Made by a program: the position numbers and the translations under genes
NCBI RefSeq assembly: GCF_036321535.1
Contig: NC_087436.1
Location: 39,186,001-39,250,000, forward strand
DNA from: Camelus dromedarius
Lineage: Eukaryota
Direction of reading: 5' to 3'
Length of the DNA stretch: 64,000 nt
Notes under the pieces: generated by a model
What the model saw: only the letters and a program-made list of their open reading frames with translations
What the model was told of the DNA's origin: nothing
Database searches by the model: none
Part shown: in pieces, positions 1 to 12,066 of the stretch
Numbering within the stretch: the stretch's first letter is position 1
Layout: every line of letters starts with the position of its first letter

Positions 1-973
1 TGGAGGGCGTGCCATGTAAACAAGCTGCTGCCATATGTGGAAATGCATTACTCAGAATGATAAAATGGAATCTCTCGCCTTTCTCATTTATAAACTCATA
101 AAGACAGTGTTTCTTACAAAAGCACTTAAAGCATGGCACAACATTTCCAAGCAGCTACCCCACTGTTATCCATGTCTTCTATGTCAGTGTGTTAAGAATT
201 TAGGAGGATTTTTACAATGTGAGTTCCCTCTCTTTCCTTCATGGCACAGCACAGGCATGTATTCTGCTGCCTTTTGCAGTCAGCGTGAGCTTCCCTGCCA
301 TCAGCTTATGACTGTGTTCTTGGACACTAAAATAAAGCTCACTCAAAAAATATTCCTAAATAGGGCACAATGGTTAAACTGGCAATGCTATAAATATTGC
401 CGAGCCAAAGTATATTTTTGTCTTTATGTCTCTATGCCAGACACTGTTAAGCCAACAGTTAATACACAAACTTTTTTGTTTTTGTTGTCGTCAAGGAGAG
501 AGCGCAGCTTCTTTAGGGCTATTTTAAATTCTGTGCCTCGTTTCACATAAATATTTACCCAAAGGAAGGTGTTTGACAGTGAAAATCTATACACTGTCAT
601 AATCTTTTTACACAGAGCAGTATTTCCACTGCAGAGACTCTGCTGAAGGTATAAAAAAGCTCCCCTGTGGAAATCCTATTATGAGAAGAGAGAGAAAAAA
701 GGCAAAGTTATTGTTATCCTTCAAAAATTGAAGTTTATAAAAACAAAATGTGTTTGTCTAGATGCCCAGCCAGTTTGTTGTGTGTTTAAAATATGTTCAA
801 CTCAGCAATAGCAACGGAAAAAATAAAAAGTAATGGTGGAAGATGGTTCTCCAGGACATTAGTCTGACATCTTCTTGTTCTACTGGCTTTCTGAATGATG
901 TCATTATTCCTTGCCCCTCCCGCCTCCCCCAAAAAGTAATGGTGGATTAGTTTTCAAAGCATCTGAAAATAAG

Positions 974-1036
974 TATATATATATGTGTATGTGTGTGTGT
1001 GTGTGTGTGTATATATACACACACATATATATATAT
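974..1036. repeat. Compound (TA)n(TG)n(TA)n(CA)n(TA)n microsatellite, quasi-palindromic
   Basis: Continuous alternating purine-pyrimidine tract; 1002-1025 is a perfect palindrome. Confidence 0.9.
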
Positions 1037-1254
1037 TCAGTACAGATTTTAAAAACTCAATATATTTTAAGGCAACTTCTGAAGCAGAGATTAAATTATG
1101 TATTACCATGGCTACACTGAAAATCTGACAATTAAAAAAAGACACTTTTAGGGAGAATCATAGTGAGGCTATCGGTGAAAAAACACATTTTTTAAGTACT
1201 GTTCTAACTTTTATAACAGTAACTTTTCTAGAGACTTTTTAGAATTATTCAAGA

Positions 1255-1605
1255 AACAGATGAAGTGAGGCAAATGAGGCAAGCATTGTGACACAGTGTC
1301 AGGCTACTGCTGACCTTCTGATGGTACCTCAGAAGGAGGATCATCTGCTTCAGGTGATCCTGGATCATGGAGCCATGACGATGTTGATGGCTGGATGTCA
1401 GGAGTAGAGGATGTCAATGGTCAGGAATAGGGATGGGAAGCGGGAAGCCTGAGCTGGAGGGCGGGAGACTTCATTCCACTACTCAGAATGGCGTGCAATT
1501 TAAAACTTACAGTTTATTTCTGGAACTTTCAATTTAATATTTTCAGACTGAGGTTGACTACAGGTAATGGAAACTGAGGAAAGCAAAGCCGTGAATAAGG
1601 GTAAA
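1255..1605 (+). mobile_element. Tigger2/MER8-like TcMar DNA transposon fragment
   Basis: CTACTCAGAATGGCGTGCAATTTAAAACTT...TTTATTTCTGGAA...GAAAGCAAAGCCGTGAATAAGGG resembles the recalled Tigger2/MER8 terminal region. Confidence 0.65.
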
Positions 1606-3059
1606 CCATTATACACATATAGGTGCTCTGAAAGAAAAGAAGAGAAGGCTTTTAGAGAATATAAAATGGGGTCCAAAAATCAGGCTATCAGGAAAGAATG
1701 GAGGGTAAATGATCCTTGGGCTGAGAGGGAATGGTTCGTAGGAGCTAGCCAGGCAAAGAGATGGTGAGAGCTCCAAGTAGCACAGGGAGCATAGAGAAAG
1801 GCCCCAAGGAAGAGAAGAGCTATTCCACTGACAAAACTGAACGAAAGTGAACATACATGAAATGTACTGAGTAACCCGGAGATTGGGGGGAGATGGGGTT
1901 GGACATGTGCAGGCCTTGCAAACCACGTGAGGCATTTTGTATCCATCCTGAGTGCAGTGAAAATCGATCAGAGTTTTGAGTAAAGACAGGCATGATCCTA
2001 TTTGCAGTAGAAAGTTCTCTGGTTGCTCCTTGGAAAATTGACCAGAGGATGGGAAGAGAGCATTTTGGAGATCACTGCAGGAGCCATAAGTAGATGATGA
2101 TGATGCTTGGACTAGTGGTGGCAGTGAAGTTGGAAGAAAAAGAATGTGCTGGAGGTGTAAGTAGAAGTAGATTTACAAGATCTGGTGGAGGGCTGGCTGA
2201 AGAGGAAGGAGTTCCAGATAGGTATCAGAGACTTTCCTTAAATCAGTCCTCAACTTCTTCCTGCTTCTCCTGTGTCTGATGGGGACCAGCCCTTTTCAGA
2301 GTTGATACCAGTGCACATTTTCATGAAAGGGAGAAGAAAAGGAGACCACAGACTTAACAGTTACTAGTTAATGGTATTAGGTTGAAAGTGTAACTAAATT
2401 TCCTCAGTGTTTCTAGGTGGGAGAGATAGACAAAGAAGCAGAAGAAAGCTGTCTACCCCCAAGGAACAGCTGTAGGACCATCCCGAGACTGATTCTACAG
2501 ACTATTAAAGTTATTCTCTACAAGATTTAGTCTTCTTTCCTCAATATCTTTCTACATATGACAATAAACCACTTCCCAATGGCCACATTGGGAGTCACTA
2601 TTGTCAGTATATGGAACTGTGTGTCTAAGTGTGGAATTGGTTAGCCAGAATTCATACAAAGAAGAGAAGCCAAAAGAGTGAGGGTGTTTTAAACCTTTCA
2701 ACATCAATAACAGATAAGAGAATGGGAGGTGTTGAGCCTGGAAAAGAGAGACAAAGGATGAGCGTAAGAACTATTTTAATATATATTAGGAGGCCTGTAA
2801 TGTAGAAGAGTTTAATTCTCTCTTTGTGGCCACAAAGGTAAAACAACTTTCAATGGATGAAGGACAAGAGGAAGGAAATTTATGCTCAATATAAAGAAGG
2901 CCTTTCCCAACAGAACTGTTAAAAAGTCCCACAGGCTATGGTGGCTCACTGTCACAAGTGGTACCTGTGGAAACTAGAAGACTGTTTTGTAGAGCTCACC
3001 AGTTTGTTTAGCTAGTTCAGAAAGTCCGGCTATAGATTCTAAAGTCTGCTATTTCTAAG

Positions 3060-3577
3060 ATTTACCATGTAGTTGGTTATGTCTTCAGCCTCCATTCTCA
3101 CCATTCCAACAGTCACAAATTTCTCTTTGGTGGTTTGGGTAGTTCACTGGCATCACACTGGGGATTGCGAGCAAGGGATCTGAAGCTCCACTAAGTAACC
3201 GCGCATTCCATTTCTCTGCCCAGTGACTGGGTCGGGGTGAGCATGTGCCTTAATCCAGTATGATTTGTTGGGAATTCTTAGGACAAATATGCTTTATTCC
3301 CATCAGCTATAGATAGGGAAGCATGTTGCCTCTGCAATAACTGGGAGTCATCTTAGGACCACAAGGGGAGACATTGCCTAGAAAGAAGTTAACAAACCAA
3401 GCAAAGAACTGAAGAGAGAAAGACCTGGATTTGGTGGAGTCGTGGACACCAGCCGATCAAGCCATGCCTAAAGCTGTTTCTCCCAGTGGACTTCACAGTT
3501 ACGTGAGCCAATAGTTTCTTTTTGGCTTAAGCAGTTTGAGTGTGTTTTCTACACAGGCAAACAAATGACTCCTAACT
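3060..3577. mobile_element. MaLR LTR (MLT1J/K-like)
   Basis: Typical MLT1 segments: CCCAGTGACTGGGTC..GAGCATGTG, GGACTTCACAGTTACGTGAGCCAATA and TTTGGCTTAAGCAGTTTGAG. Confidence 0.6.
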
Positions 3578-6500
3578 TTGTTTTTCATCCAAGTATGTGT
3601 AAAGTCATCCATTCTCAGAAAGAAAGCGAAAAAGACACCAGCTGTACTTTGTATCCAGGGGTCCACTTAGCCATCAAGAGATTTTTTAATACTAATCTCT
3701 GAGTCATATAAACTCAATTTATGTCAAAATCTGGCTTCTGTAACCATCAGTATCTCTCTCAGAACAAACCATGTTAACCAACACTTCAACTAAAAATTTA
3801 CTAAGGATTTCAAACAGATCTAAAGCAGTTTTACAGAAAACTTTTCATCCTACTTGCATAAACTTAATCCTTCTTCCTCCTTGCAGGGCTACTGTCAATG
3901 AAAAAAAGTTACAATCAATTTGGGCATGTTGCAGAGCCTTGTGACTTGGTGATATTAAATGCTTAAATAATTTTTCAATTTGCTTAAAGTTTTGGTAACT
4001 TCTCAACACTTAGAACTATAAGAACCATAAACTATTTCGCATGCTGTTTTCCAATCTTTCATATTTTGATCCTATAGAATTTGGTTTTTAGTTCCCATCA
4101 GCAGATCATCCTCAAAGGGGTTCAAATTTTACCATTCTTTCCTTATCTGTGACTATATCCAAAAGGAAAAGTGAAAACCACAGCCAACTATTAGCATCAA
4201 CCCTGTCTCCCAGCTCCTGGTTTGTGGCCCATTATTGTGTTGAGATACTGATTTTTTCCTTCAGTCCTCAGGGAAGTTGGGCAGGGCCCCAGACAGATCA
4301 AGACCCCAGATCAGTAGCCCCTGGCCAGGAGCAGCCTTATCTGTTCACCCCAAATGCAATAGAAATATTTTCATTTCCTATGTGTGGCATCATAATTAAA
4401 AGTCCAGGATGCACTGCCCTGCTTAAAGGTTCTACCTGTTCCTCTTTTATTGAGCTTGATACATTCCAACTCCAGAAACCTATAATAAACATTGTTTTGC
4501 TAGCATATTGGTAAAGGAAGATAAGCTTTCCTTTGAGTTTGGATTCAAAGAATGCCAAAAAATCCTAAACTTACTTTCTTTTTCAATGTTTTCACTTGTC
4601 TCCTTCCTTTGAAAATTATTTTTATGCCCTTTTACTCAGTGTTCCTTTTAGAAAAATGAATTTTAGCAAGTGCTGGTTTAAAAATAAAGTTGCGGATTTT
4701 CAGGATGGAGCATATTATACATCACTCCTCATGGACAAGACTCCTACAGCCAAATACAGAGATGTGAGAAATGTTGCAGAGACCACACAATAGGGTCTTT
4801 AAAAAATCTGTAAGGGACACTCCAGAAAGATGGGTACTTGTTCCAATGATGATGCCAATGAACTACCAAGCGCCTCTCATTCTCATTAACAGTGGTTACT
4901 TAACATTTCAGGTTTTAAACTGCAGAAAGCAAATTCTTACACAGGGGTTCTTACATTTCAACTTCATGTTGACACAGAAAATACCATTTTATGGCAAGCA
5001 CTAACCCTAAATAGGATCTGGGCCCAGTTCCCATGAAGGTTGTCTTAGTTAGCCAGGATAAAGTAGTTGAATACTGCTGGTGCATGAAATCTAGCTATTT
5101 GTTGGCTAAAGTTTAAATTTTATAACTAGCAGAAGACGAATTACTTCAAGATGCTTGCGTTCATAAGATAAAATATCTTATTTTATCAACAATAACCAGT
5201 CAGATTCAAGCTCAGAACTCTGCTGTATTTCTGAAGGCAGAAACAGAAGGCTTTTCAGAGCACTTCTTTTCCTAAACGAGAATCTTCTTTTGAATTCCAC
5301 AGTAAGTGCTGCCTTATTCCTTGTGGGGTCAACGCTTCCTCTATCTGGGAATACAGGTAGGGCAACGAAAACGCTTTCATCTATTTTTGAACATCATGGG
5401 CTCTGTGAAGTGAAAACTCTTATAAATCGATGAAAGCATATTATCAGAATTCTGCTTGGAAACTATACCATGTTGGTCAGAAAAAAAGACACCTGCTGAG
5501 GATAGAGATTACAAAGTTGTGGACAGCCACGAAATCAAACAGTTTATAGCAGCTGGCACACTGCTTATGTGTCACCGTGCTAGATTCACACCTTCCAAAA
5601 TGGTAATAGAAACAGAACAGCTTAAAAATATGTTGGCATTTTAAAGAGTGAGAAGTGTTCAATTCAGAAGAAAAAAAAAAACATGTAATTTGTCAAATTC
5701 AAATTAATGACTAATGAAGGAAGGAGTTTTCAGGAAATAAACAAATATTTTCCGATTTTTAAATTATGTGTAAGGTTGGCCCTACAGTAGGCATTCCATA
5801 AAAATCTGAGGCATTTGTAGGCAATCCCAATCAAAGAGCTCTTGATTCAATGAGCCAAGGGAATGGAAAGAGATTCACTGCATACAGCGGGGTAGAAATG
5901 GACTGGGTGTCAAGCTGGTTTCTGAGAACCTAGGATGCCACTGAATTGCTCACATAATTTGCTGTGCCTCACTCATTCCCAGCTAATTTTGATCTATGCA
6001 GCAGAGCTGGATTCTTCATGCAATTTGGATTACAGAGAAAAGAAGTGATATCAATTCATTTCAATATAAGATTGCTTTTTTTTTTCTTCTAGGGGGAGTC
6101 AAGCTTCTCAGAGTATGGCACAGATGAATAAAATTTTTCACAAAGGAGCCTACCATTTTGTAAGTGTTCAATAAATATCAAAAACAAGAATAACCCAGCG
6201 GCCCTAGATACTTGGGGAGTTAAGTGTTCTCGTAAACTGAAATGTCAGCTACACAGTCATAATTTAATATCATAGCAAGGACCCAAACTAGTAGTCAGAA
6301 GACCCGTGTTCTCACTACTCTCCTACTGCTACTGAAAGCTTTGTGAATTTGGACAAGTCACAAACTTTTTGATGTCAATTTCCTTACTTATGATTTCCTA
6401 ATTTCTCAGATTTACTATAATAATCTAACAAACTATATGGTATTATTATATCCTTTTGAACATCTGCAAAGGGCTGATAGTATTCTCATGCCTTAGTTAA

Positions 6501-6689
6501 CATGACATAATAGATATATTTTAACATTCTTTGTAATAATGAAATGCTTATTGAATATAGCACTCATTTTAACTCTTAATCCAACTCAGAAAATATTCAT
6601 TTTTAAATCACCACCAGGGATAAAGAATTCATATGTCACATACTTCCCTATCCTCAAGGTAGTCATAGTCTAACACAGTAATAAGCCCA

Positions 6690-6900
6690 GATACAACCAC
6701 TCGTTTATTCCATAAATATTTACTGAATTCCTACCAGATGACAGGCATTGTGCTATAACTATGGAAAAGTCCTGTCCCATGACTTCAAGGAGCTTATGTT
6801 CTAATAAGACAGGCCAAGTTTTTTTTTTTTTTAAAGCTGCCAGTGATTCCCGTATAAGACATAAATGCTCTAACAGAAGTATGCACAGCACAGTTTGAGT
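6690..6900. mobile_element. L2 3' fragment
   Basis: ATAAATATTTACTGA...CAGGCATTGTGCTA...CTTCAAGGAGCTTATGTTCTA is a typical L2 tail. Confidence 0.55.
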
Positions 6901-6979
6901 GGGGTGGGAAGGAAACAATGGGGAAGATGGAAGAAAGCACTAAAACATGACGACTAGAACGACTGGTGAAAAGCTCAGG

Positions 6980-7170
6980 ATCAAATTTATGTTAAAACTC
7001 TAGCTATGTGATATTTTCCAAGTTACTTGCTTTGTCGATTAATTTCTAGACATGTAAAATGGGGGTAAAGCATATTATCTTCCTCATAGGACTTTGGTGT
7101 GGATGAAATGAGTCAGTGTAGATAAGGCTTATACCTGGTACATGATAAATGCTTTATAAATGTTTAATTA
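6980..7170 (+). mobile_element. MIR SINE
   Basis: MIR core-like CTAGCTATGTGA..CAAGTTACTT..TGTAAAATGGGG..CCTCATAGG. Confidence 0.6.
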
Positions 7171-8034
7171 TTGTTAACACATATATGTCCCATTTTTATT
7201 GTCTCTGCTTGAGTGCCTAATACAATGTTACACATGTAACGGGTTCTTTGTAAATTCTTAGTTACAATCCTACAGAGTCATTATTATGAATGTTAGTCTA
7301 AAGGATTATCATCATAAATATCCATTCTAACAATATAGTATTGAGGATGTAATTTTTGTTTACTAAGTTAATACCATACGTTTATTTTCTTAGTCCTTTA
7401 CCTTTTTCTTCTATAAGCAGAATGGAGAAAATAAATACAGAAACAAAATACATGCATCCATGATAAATCAGTTGACTGAGGTTTCTAATGTAATCTGACT
7501 TAAGCCAGATCAATCTATGGGTTATGATAATCACTATATATTTTTATTTTAAAAGTGTACATGTACTTTCCATCATAGTTAACTTAATGAAAAATTATTT
7601 CAATTTTGTAGACTCTTGGGAGATAATTGAAGGACTCTGTACATACACAAAATGAGGATTTGAAGAAATCTTTTGGCTAAAATGAGGGGTAAGATTCAAT
7701 TGAAGAAGAAATGTGGTATAAATTTTTCTATTAAAAATTAAAAGCCAGCTCTTCACTATGGGGAAAATATAAATCAAGTATATTTTCTCCTACATTATTA
7801 TCCAAAAAAAGATTAGAAATCCCTTGATTTTAAAGCTTTGAGAGGCTATTTGATTTTCTAAAAGGACATTCTAAATTCTTTATGTTGATACAAATTTAGA
7901 GACATAAATGACTCAGCAAATCTGAAAACATTAATCTAAGTTTTAAAAAAGCCCTAAGAATTGGCCAATTCATATTTTTATGGCAAATAAAAAACAGCAT
8001 TGAACTAGCTTTTTTTCCCTATATGCATCTATTC

Positions 8035-8300
8035 TTTTTTCTTCCAGTTTTGTTGAGATATAATTGACATATAACATTGTATTGGTTTTAGGTGTATAGC
8101 ATGATGATTTGATACATGTATGTATTGGGAAACAATCACTACAATAAGTTTAGTTAATATTCATTGCCTCACAAAGTTACAAATTTATTTTTCTTGTGAT
8201 GAGAACTTCGAAGATCTACTCTTGTGGCTACTTTCAAATAAATGACACAGTATTGTTGGCTCTAGTCACCACATGGTACATTACATCCCCAGAACTTAAT
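8035..8300 (-). mobile_element. Older L1 (L1MA/L1_Art-like) 3' end
   Basis: TTGAGATATAATTGACATATAACATTGT...GTGATGAGAACT..AAGATCTACTCT...TACATTACATCCCCAGAACTTA. Confidence 0.75.
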
Positions 8301-8309
8301 CAACCGGCT

Positions 8310-8458
8310 TTATTTTTTGCTTCTCTCTCCTTTTTCTCCCTCTCTCCTTTCTCTTCCTCGCCACCCTCCCCTTTCCCTTTCTTTTCTCATTCTATTCTTC
8401 ATCCCTTCCTTCTTTCCTGTCTCTTTCTCTTCATCTCTTCCTTTCACTTTTTCTTTAT
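8310..8458. repeat. CT-rich low-complexity polypyrimidine tract
   Basis: Almost exclusively C/T for ~150 bp. Confidence 0.8.
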
Positions 8459-10239
8459 ATGGCCAGGGACCAGGATCTCTCCTAAGTGCTGGCAAAGAAA
8501 CAGTCAGTCAGTTAGACACGATTCCTTCCTCAGAGCTTACAATGTTCTATGAAAAACTGTTAATTAAACAAGTGTGTTTATTACAACATTAAAAGTGCTA
8601 TAATCAGGCAAGTACAATGCAGGACAAGAGCATATTGCTGTGGAATGCAGCTTACTTCGTGAATAAGAAATAGTTCATTATGCAGGGTTTTCAACACTTT
8701 ACTATGTATATATTTATACATAAGTATATAAATGTAAAAATACAACGTAGTCAAACTTTACCTCACAGTATCCCAGAGTGACTAGGTTTCATAGACTGAC
8801 TACTGGTTCACTCTAATAAATAGCTAATCTTCTTCACCAGACAATTATAAAATAAATGGACAAATAAAAGAAGGTTAAAGAAAGAACATCCTTTTGCATC
8901 TGTGTGGGGATGACCTAAAACTTTTTGAGTAATGTCTAATCTTTCTAAAGAAATGTCACTGCACACATTTGGATGTTGTTGGAACTAGTCTGGATTTTCA
9001 AGTCTCAAAGTATCAGTTACAACCTAATAAGACCTATGCCATCTGGTTTTTTCTTGCTTGAGAAACTTTTTTTAGTTTACTATAGAAGGACATATCTTAA
9101 ATGTATTCCTTCCCACACAAATTTATATGCAGGCTGGCAAGCTTTCTCAACGATCAACACTTCTGACTTCATCACAAGGCTTTTTCCCTATGCTGTAATC
9201 ACAGATGACTGTTTTCCAAATGCTTTTTATAAGTTGTGATCCTGACCAATTAGCTAATAAACCCCTACATGGACTGATTAGTTCTGCACAAACAAACCTC
9301 TTGCCATAAAATATCAAAACTTCTTAAAGGGTAACATGTCAGTGATTACAGTCCAGTCCTAATTTACTGCGCCTACTTGCCTTCTTGCGGGATGGCGGCA
9401 GGCCAGGCAGGAATATCTAGGCTTGTTTGAAAGCGCACTCTGGTTGCCTAGCAAACCTCCTGTCATGGGAGCCGGGAAGCCTGGCTTCTGCAGATCCTGA
9501 GCACCCTGCACATGCCCTCCTCCTCCCAGATGAGGTCCAAACACAAATGCTTTTTTTCAACAAGAGAATACTTAATTCTTTTCTGTAATCAACCTATGTA
9601 CATATTTAACACAGAGCATTATAAAAGTAAAAATGGGGGAGGCATTTAATATTTCTAGATCACTATAGTTTCCTGACCAATTTCTATATAATACCAGTAC
9701 AGCACATATTAGTAGGATGCTTTTTTACCCAAGGTTGATAGCACAGCTCAATTTTTCAAAATTTCAGATTACATCTATAGAATATGTAGGTAAAACGAAT
9801 AGCAACTCTAGGTGTCAGGAGCAGCAACAGCCTTTGCAAACTGTCAGCCATCTACGGAGCATTAAACACCCACCATTTTCTAAAGGTAGTTATGATCGTA
9901 ACTCCTCAGTCACTTTTAGGCAAAAACAAGCTCTACAATAACGTTATTAAAAGCAACCGTGTTTCAGCGTGGTCACCAGTACCTGTCACAAAGCAGACAC
10001 AAGTTTCTGCATTCACGGGGGCATAATACAGTTCTATCTTGCAGCTATACTACTAGAATGCATACAATTTAAAAGATAGTTTTTTGACAATTCTGCTTTT
10101 CCAGCAGAGATGGCTAATGCTTTTAAACTTAAACGACTCTCTCTTTCCCTCCCTCCTTCTCTCTCTCTTTCTTCTCTCTGGTGCAATTTCAAGAAAGCTC
10201 TGGGAAGCCGTGTGGTAAGGGAGAAAAACATGTCTGAGA

Positions 10240-10400
10240 GTCAGGGCCCTTTAGTCTAGATTCTGCTCAGACACTACCTGGTTGTATAGCTTTGATCAAT
10301 TCACTTAACTTTTCGGTGCCTCAATTTCCTCATCTGTAAAAGGAAAGGATTGGTCAAGGTAACCTTTGGGGTCCTTTCTGATTCCAACATTTTATGACTT
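10240..10400 (+). mobile_element. MIR SINE
   Basis: TCACTTAACTTTTCGGTGCCTCAATTTCCTCATCTGTAAAA core. Confidence 0.7.
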
Positions 10401-11140
10401 GTCAATAGTATAAATTAAAGAGAATCCAGCAGCCACTATGAGTTAGGAAAATAAGAATAAATACCTGAATAATGTCAAATTTCAGATTTTTTTTAATGCA
10501 GAAAATATCTGTGGCAGAAATTCCACCTTGCTCTTCTGCCCAGCACCTGCTAGGGTCCAAGCAAGGCTGTGCATGTTGGACAAACGAGTGAGACAGGATT
10601 AAGAGGAGGTTTCGGTTTTTGCCGAAGGGTAAAGAAGGAGAAGACTCCAGAGAGTGAAACAGATGGAGGGCCAATGGTGTCCCCCTAAGTACGCTTCTAA
10701 GAAAGAGGTGTCAGTCTCCGTCAGGGCAGGGCTGACAGAGGGTGAGTCTGTGCTGCTTCAGCGTCCACTTCTGATGCGGACCCAGTACGGGGAGCACATC
10801 TTCACGTGTCACGGACAGAAGCTGTGGGGACGCAGACTGCCCGTGCACCGCTGGCAGACTTAGGAGAGCCGAAAGACAGCACTCTGGCTCCTCTAGTGAA
10901 AAGTGTATTTGACTATAATAGTAACAATTTATATGTATTACCTTTTATAACTTACAGCATTTTTACAGTTTTTGTTTTATTTCACCTTTGACTAATGTGG
11001 CTCTTGTAACTAACTATTTTTCTCTGTAGTTTGCCTGCTAGAAAGTTCAGAGACCAAACTGCAGCCTAAGTCGCAGGGCTGCTGCATGTCATTGTACAGG
11101 TTTGCAGTGCAAAGCTCCAGGGTGTCCTGTATTCCCTTTT

Positions 11141-11250
11141 GAGGGGTAATTAGGCTTATTTATTTATTATTATTTTATTTAACAGAGGATCAAACCCATG
11201 ACCTCGTGCATGCTAAGCATGCACTCTACCACTGAGCTATACCCCTCCCC
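11141..11250 (-). mobile_element. tRNA-Ala-derived camelid SINE (vic-1-like) with target-site duplication
   Basis: Minus strand GGGGAGGGGTATAGCTCAGTGGTAGAGTGCATGCTTAGCATGCACGAGGTC...(AAAT)n. Exact TSD CTGTATTCCCTTTT at 11127-11140 and 11251-11264. Confidence 0.88.
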
Positions 11251-11868
11251 CTGTATTCCCTTTTGAGTAGGCGCCAGCACCGTTTAATCAAGGCAGAAGA
11301 AACAGACCTTTAGTCACCCTTATTATTCTTCCCCCTGCCCCTCCCCAGCTGATCATCCAAACCTTTCCACTGCATCACCCAAGCAATTTTTAACCACATC
11401 CTATTCTCAGCCCACTGCAGGTGATTCACATCCTCAACATATCCAATGGTCGCAATAGCTTCTCAGCCGCTCCAAATATGTCTAAAAACAGCAACAGATT
11501 TTTTTCCTCTCCTGAAGGGCTCAAGGTTTAGGTGAATAAATTGCACTCTTGCTAATGCTTTGAAAGCTCTCTATCACACACTGACAGGACGAAACCCAAG
11601 TTCTGTATCCGGGTTGACAGAGGCCTTCCTAATCTGCCTACCTCTCAGTTCACTTCCAGCTCTGTTCTCCGTCCCCAGAGGTGCTTGTAGTTCCTCAGAT
11701 GCACACCATGCCATGCCTCCTTGCCACTTCAGATATTGCTCCATCTGCTCCAACTGCACTTCTCCTCATCTGCCTCGTGAAAACCTACGACCCTCTCCCC
11801 TATTGGACTGTACGTTTTGGATGCAGAGTCTGTATCTAATTGATCTTTGTTTTCCTGGGACCTAGCAA

Positions 11869-12066
11869 GACAGGAGTAGGGGATTAAGAGGTACAAACTA
11901 CTATGTATAAAATACATAAACTACAAGGATGTATAGTTCAACACAAGATAGAATCAATATTTTATAACTGTAAATGGAATATAACCTTTGAAAATTGTGA
12001 TTCTCTGGGTTGTACACCCAAAACTTATACAATATTGTTCATCAACTACATCTCAATTTTTAAAAA
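11869..12066 (+). mobile_element. L1 3' end fragment (L1_Art-like)
   Basis: GGGGATTAAGAGGTACAAACTACTATGTATAAAATA...CAATATTGTTCATCAACTACATCTCAAT. Confidence 0.8.

Noticed and set aside
35..550. 171-aa ORF, the longest in the track
   Set aside because: No recognisable protein similarity or splice structure, antisense within the SYNPO2 intron, and composition typical of random AT-rich DNA.
11141..11250. tRNA-Ala-like sequence as a true tRNA gene (also 54561-54676)
   Set aside because: AT-rich tail, TSD and a broken 3' stem mark these as SINEs.
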